Assembly (NCBI GenBank): GCA_964016885.1
Contig: OZ024744.1
Location: 83,266,001 to 83,330,000, forward strand
DNA length: 64,000 nucleotides
Direction: 5' to 3'
Source of the DNA: Eledone cirrhosa
Taxonomy: Eukaryota
Of the stretch, positions 58,351 through 64,000 are shown piece by piece. Below the pieces are notes generated by a model that saw nothing but the letters and a program-made list of their open reading frames with translations, did not search any database and was not told the origin of the DNA. Numbering within the stretch: the first letter of the stretch is position 1; each line of letters opens with the position of its first letter. The translations under genes and the position numbers were made by a program.

Positions 58351-58418
<68 letters not shown>

Positions 58419-58598
58419 TATATATATACATTATAAAGTGAAATGACAAGAGGCGGGACAGACTGAATTCCTTTACTGTTTTATTTTTGCAACAACTATG
58501 CACATACAACGTATATATATATATATATGTGTGTGTATGTGTGTGTGTAACAAGGAACGCGTAGTAAGATAGCAGGTGGACCATATTTTATACACTCG

Positions 58599-58823
58599 GC
58601 AAGAGATGTCAACATGAATGCACCTGTTATTTTTTATCTAAAGACATTTTTTCCAATTCCAACCCACACGTCCCCTTAATCTATCTTATTTCTCATTCTT
58701 TCTTCTGATGAAGGACTAGCGCCCGAAACGTTAAGACCCTCTTCCTGCTGAATCAAGCGTTAACATAATATATTCCTTCCATATACTATACCGATTGTGA
58801 TGTTATCTTTGTTTACCTTTGAC

Positions 58824-58825
<2 letters not shown>
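58599..58825 (+). mobile_element. Family E mini-element with minimal HHR at 58701-58736
   Basis: TCTT-CTGATGA-AGGAC.TAGC.GCCC-GAAACGTT-AAGA; homologous to 60597-60822; tail fragment at about 22481-22572. Confidence 0.85.
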
Positions 58826-58867
<42 letters not shown>

Positions 58868-58913
58868 GTAAAAGGTAAACAAAGATAACATCACAAATAT
58901 ATATACATATCTG

Positions 58914-59010
<97 letters not shown>

Positions 59011-59011
59011 T

Positions 59012-59069
<58 letters not shown>

Positions 59070-59421
59070 GGTTTAGAAGCTGGTAAATGTTCGGTCGCCG
59101 TCATGTCTCTGATTTACACACACACATATATGTGTGTGTGTAATTGGAAGTCGTGAGAGGGCGGGCGTCCGTATGTAAGAATATTTCGAATTCATGATTA
59201 TTCAATGTATAGCTAAATGAAAGTATTCTTGATATATATGAAGACAATTAGAATATAATTTTTATTCTTTAAATCATATGTTTAGAAAAATATTCTGATA
59301 CAAATTTTTACTATATCAGCAAACATAATTATACGAGGATACACGTGAAATAGAATTAATCTAGTATTTATAAAACCGTGTATCACTTTTTATTGTTAAA
59401 TTCATAAAATTACTATATGTA

Positions 59422-59479
<58 letters not shown>

Positions 59480-59567
59480 TGTGTGCGTGCGTGTGTGTTT
59501 GTGTGTGTGTGTGTGAAATGTGCATGCATATGTATATATATATGTACGCACATACACACACTCGTAT

Positions 59568-59599
<32 letters not shown>

Positions 59600-59831
59600 G
59601 AATGTATTCATATGAATACATATATGCATGTACGTATGTATATCAAAGTATATATATATTTATTTACAAAAATGTATATATGTTTGTGTGCGTATGAGTA
59701 GAGGTTCGTAAATTTAGTTATATAGATAATTGTTTCCACTATCCTGGTATTTTTTTTCCGCCTTTCGTGAGAATAATATATCATGTAAGTTTATAAAAAC
59801 AACGAATAGATAGTATATATATATATATATA

Positions 59832-59903
<72 letters not shown>

Positions 59904-59907
<4 letters not shown>

Positions 59908-60096
59908 AACGAGTGGGACCCCGTCGGCTGAGCTCAAGCCGTTTCGACAGCTAATTCTGGACTCAGAATTAGCCGTCGAAACGGCTTGAGCTCAACCTTC
60001 GGGGTCCCACTCGTTCCTATTACCCACTCTACTACCCTAAGTATTGAGTACTTTGGTGCGTTATGGTCCACCTGGTTCCTTACCACATATCTTCCG

Positions 60097-60098
<2 letters not shown>
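59904..60098 (+). mobile_element. Family A foldback mini-element
   Basis: Both arms share the private variant ACGAGTGGGACCCC / GGGGTCCCACTCGT. Confidence 0.85.
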
Positions 60099-60134
<36 letters not shown>

Positions 60135-60149
60135 GGAAAAAAATGAAAC

Positions 60150-60250
<101 letters not shown>

Positions 60251-60698
60251 CATATATATATATATATATTTATATATACATACATACGTATATTTCGCTA
60301 AAATATTTACGTATACGCATATTTAAAAAGAACAGATACGTCATTAGTAACTGATGTTGCTTTTTAGCCCACCAAATGATCTAAAATGTCTTGCACAGCG
60401 TTGGCAACCATGATAAAAGCTTTTACTGGCAATAGTCGGCTGAGTTTGGACATCATTTACTTTTGCATGTCGTTTGAGCCTTCCTGCTGATCTACACTCT
60501 TTTCCACATAGATACATACATCAGGTAGACGCGCTCCATCATCTACTTTTCTAAAAAAAAACAAATCATACACAAAACGCCAGCACCAACAGTTTTGCAA
60601 GAGATGTCAACATGAATGGACCTGTTATTTTTATCTAAAAACATTTTTTTCCAATTCCATCTTGCCCGTCCTCTCAATCTATTTTATTTCTCATTCTT

Positions 60699-60734
60699 TC
60701 TTCTGATGAAGGACTAGCGTCCGAAACGTTAAGA
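60699..60734 (+). ncRNA. Minimal hammerhead motif (family E; element 60597-60822)
   Basis: TCTT-CTGATGA-AGGAC.TAGC.GTCC-GAAACGTT-AAGA. Confidence 0.85.
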
Positions 60735-60825
60735 CCCTCTTCCAGCTATATCAAGCGGTAACCTAATATATCCTTTCCATGTACTGTACCGATTATGTTG
60801 TTATTTCTGTTTATCTTTTCATACG

Positions 60826-61059
<234 letters not shown>

Positions 61060-61372
61060 GTGGTGCTGAGACCAGTGAGACCACTAATCACGGAAGTATT
61101 CAATGATGGCCAAATACGGAGTGGATATAGAAATGAGTAAAATTCCGGCGGTGGTGCCAAGCGGTTTCGGCTTTTATTCAATAAGGCCTTCCGAAGTATT
61201 TTAACATTTGCATGGTGTGTATAAATAGTTCCAAAGTCTTTCTAGTGCTTTGGTCGAATTTATCAATGTCTAGTAACCTATTTTTACACATCCTCCAACA
61301 TTAGTACACCTTTGGAAAGGCTTGCTCAACACAGAAGCTAAAAAACGCTTGGTGCCCCAATCAGGATGTCAC

Positions 61373-61430
<58 letters not shown>

Positions 61431-61921
61431 TACATATACATACATATATATATATATATATTTGTATATGTATGCGAATATGAATGTGTGAGTGCATGTA
61501 TATCTCTTTTCCTCTCTTATCATGTTTTATTACTGTATATAAAATTCATTCATATGTGTAATAATTTCGCATACATATCAGTACACACATACGTTTAATT
61601 TGAATTTGAGAAAACATGTTCCTAAGTTATTCAAATTAATATTGCATTGATAAATAACAATCCATAAAATAGAGAACTATAAAATAAGTATTAGGTAGAT
61701 GCGAGTTTAAGCTCCAGCACAATTGTGTTTACAATGATAAACATAGAGATTTAACCATATATATTTTGGTGATTATTCATTTCGTCAACCACTGTTGAAC
61801 TGAACATTGTTACTCATTTAGTCACAAAGCAGGTCGGGTCGAATGTATCCATTTATTTTGACCACTGCTTCAATGACGTTAAACATGTGAACCTTTTGGA
61901 ATATTATTATTAGTCCACAGT

Positions 61922-62112
61922 GGGCGATGGATTGGCAGTGTCGGTAGAGTGTCTGACGCCATGCTTTGCAGCAAAGAGTTAAGGCCCTTTATGGTTTTAA
62001 GTTCAAATCCTGCCGAGGTTAACTTTGCTTTTTTTCATCGTTACGGGGTCAATAAAATAAGTACCAGTAATACACTGAGATAATGGCTGGCCTAGTGCCA
62101 AACGTAGAAACA
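61922..62112 (+). mobile_element. Nin/Deu SINE, full length
   Basis: A box, B box, core; ATTATTAGTCCACAGT repeated on both sides (TSD). Confidence 0.9.
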
Positions 62113-62556
62113 ATTATTAGTCCACAGTTTTCAGACCCCCACCTAATAATATAAATAGGTGAATAAATCTACCGAAACTCTTACAGGTCTGAGTGTTCCC
62201 CATGGCACTACTGCACTTCTGTGACGAACTTTTAGTAGTAAATGTTCACAAAGTGTAAACTCTAATGAATGCATTGTTTTATATTTCTTTCAGAAATACG
62301 GGCCTGAAAATCAACACTGATTCTCCCGTTCACATTCACGTGTTTTTTACCAGCTCCTGGAGCTGGAAATTCTACTATTTTGCTGTTAATTAAATATATT
62401 TCCGTCTAAGCGTAAATGTATCCACCCAGGTTATATTTACCATTCTCACCAACCTTTCAGAAAGTCTTTTTGTAAAGCACATACCTAGAACCCTCACCTT
62501 GCCCCTAAACGATACTTAAAAATAATGACAACAACAACAACAACAACATTGATAAT

Positions 62557-62953
62557 GGTTTCTTATATAGGCACAAGGCCACAATTACCCAGTGCATTAC
62601 TGGTACTTTATTTTATCGACCCCGTAAGGATGAAAGGCAAAGTTAACCTAGGCGGGATTTGAACTCAGAATGGCAAGGGCCGTAACTCTATGCGTCAAAG
62701 CATGGCGTCTGACCCTCTACCGATACTGCCAATCCACCACCTTAATAATGGTTTCTTATATAGGCACAAGGCCAGTAATTTGGGGAGAGGAGAATGTTTA
62801 TTAAATCGATCCCGGTTTGTTACTGGTACTTTACTTTATCGACACCGTTAGGATGAAAGGCAAAATTAACCTGGGAAGGATTTGAACTCAGAACGTAAAG
62901 GACTGTAACTCTATGCTGTGGAGCATGGTAACCGACGCTCTATCGATACTGCC
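62557..62953 (-). mobile_element. Two tandem Nin/Deu SINEs (62557-62741 short-tail, 62750-62953 long-tail)
   Basis: Each has tail, core, B box and A box in antisense; ATAATGGTTTCTTATATAGGCACAAGGCCA is repeated. Confidence 0.9.
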
Positions 62954-63384
62954 ATAATAATAGTAGTAAATCAATAAATAAATATATAAATAGGTAAATA
63001 AATAATGTCCTTTAAAACTGTAAAGCATCCTTGCAATTCTTACAACTTAATTGCTTATAGACGAGTTAGGATACCTAAACACCCAATGTTTTTAATTTTT
63101 AAGTCAGAAATAATAAGTATGATTGGGTGCGTAAAAAGAAAATTGTATTTCATAAATCTGACTGAATAAACTATTTTTAATTAATGGAAACTAAATAATG
63201 CGTACAAATGAATCTATTATCTATCTATTATATAAATATATTATTATTAAAATTTGACATGGTTTGCAACATAAATAAAATACATTGCGGAATTTAATTT
63301 CGAAATCAATTTAGTTATAACATCGAAGCTAAATACACACGCGCACACACACACTTTTTCCATATCTATCTATCTATCTATCTA

Positions 63385-63622
63385 TTTGAGGAAAAGGAGG
63401 AGGAGAGGAAAGGAGTACAAACTCTTCGTACTCCTGGAGATGAGGGTTGCACATTTTTTTCGGGGGTATGTGTTACCCATATAAACTGTCTCCCTCTATT
63501 GGGGAAAATCGACTAACTTTTTAAATTGCATTTGTGATAACATTTTACACGTTTTTATTGTATGTAAACTTCCCCCTTTGTATTTGTTCCCTTCTTTTGT
63601 GCCCCTGTGGCTAATAAAGAAA
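63385..63622 (+). mobile_element. Probable LINE 3'UTR fragment in (CTAT)n
   Basis: Ends GCCCCTGTGGCTAATAAAGAAA; bounded by CTAT repeats; a similar terminus occurs at about 36140-36163. Confidence 0.45.
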
Positions 63623-63643
63623 CATATCTATCTATCCATCTAT

Positions 63644-64000
63644 CTCTTCGGAGAAGCCCTAGGCATGGAGGAAAACGAACTGGCCAACCTGTTCGGTAGG
63701 ACATTCAGCCCGGGACCTATGGATAACTTCCAGAGGTCCCTGGCCTGGCAGTACTACCAGAGGGACTCTGCCCGTTCGAGAAAAGCTCAATAGACACGGG
63801 CGCCCGGGTAGAGACCCTTCGAAAAAGATCTGTCCCAGATACGTGTGCGACGAGGAAACCGTTGCACACGCATTGGTACACTGCTCGGGCATTTCCGATC
63901 TGTGGGGCTATGTCGAACGACTGTTGTCACGGGTGGGACCGATCTGGTTGACCACCGAGTCTATTGTAACGATCAAGCCGCCTCCCCTCTTCAAAAACGA
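63644..64000 (+). mobile_element. 5'-truncated Tx1/L1-clade LINE ORF2 C-terminal zinc-binding (zf-RVT-like) region, frameshifted
   Basis: FQRSLAWQYY / frameshift / RGTLPVREKLNRHG..ICPRYVCDEETVAHALVHCSGISDLWGYVERLL; abrupt GC-rich onset right after (CTAT)n. Confidence 0.8.

Larger units (their letters stand above)
58049..58353 (-). mobile_element. Foldback mini-element with an intact HHR in both arms
   Basis: Arms ~58114-58228 and 58239-58353; the left arm has the longer tail. Confidence 0.85.

Noticed and set aside
61150-61360. Degenerate inverted repeat with GCC-GAAA-CCGCTT-GGCACC, a possible old hammerhead foldback
   Set aside because: The 5' core is unreadable in both arms; too decayed to call.
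62281-62350. TTTCTTTCAG acceptor as the start of Phox2 exon 2
   Set aside because: The downstream translation shows no homeodomain sequence in any frame.

Overview
This is AT-rich, microsatellite-saturated animal DNA. The tRNA-headed Nin/Deu-domain SINEs and the repeat landscape suggest an octopus (coleoid cephalopod), which is an inference. The only host coding sequence I can support is the first coding exon of a Phox2 homeobox gene (16509-16758, +). Its phase-1 intron appears to run off the end of the window (>47 kb), and I did not find the homeobox exons. Nearly all supplied ORFs are translations of (TA)n/(CA)n/(GA)n tracts. The striking signal is non-coding: the short unique islands between (TA)n tracts are mostly 100-700 bp elements carrying type I hammerhead ribozyme (HHR) motifs. 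I read about 25 motifs from about 10 unrelated sequence families, many arranged as foldback (inverted) duplications. This matches pLTR remnants of Penelope-like retroelements or retrozymes. Three families carry non-standard catalytic cores: UUGAUAA and UUGAAAA (U3-A8 covariation) and CAGAAGA (U4A). One family is repeatedly truncated and inverted inside the ribozyme stem II loop. One 729-bp unit has 68-bp terminal direct repeats. About eleven of these HHR motifs lie on the sense strand of the Phox2 intron. Also present are SINEs and 3' fragments of CR1/L2-, Dong/R4- and Tx1/L1-type LINEs, with SINEs, Dong and Tx1 each favouring a particular microsatellite. All folds were read by eye, and no ribozyme activity is demonstrated.
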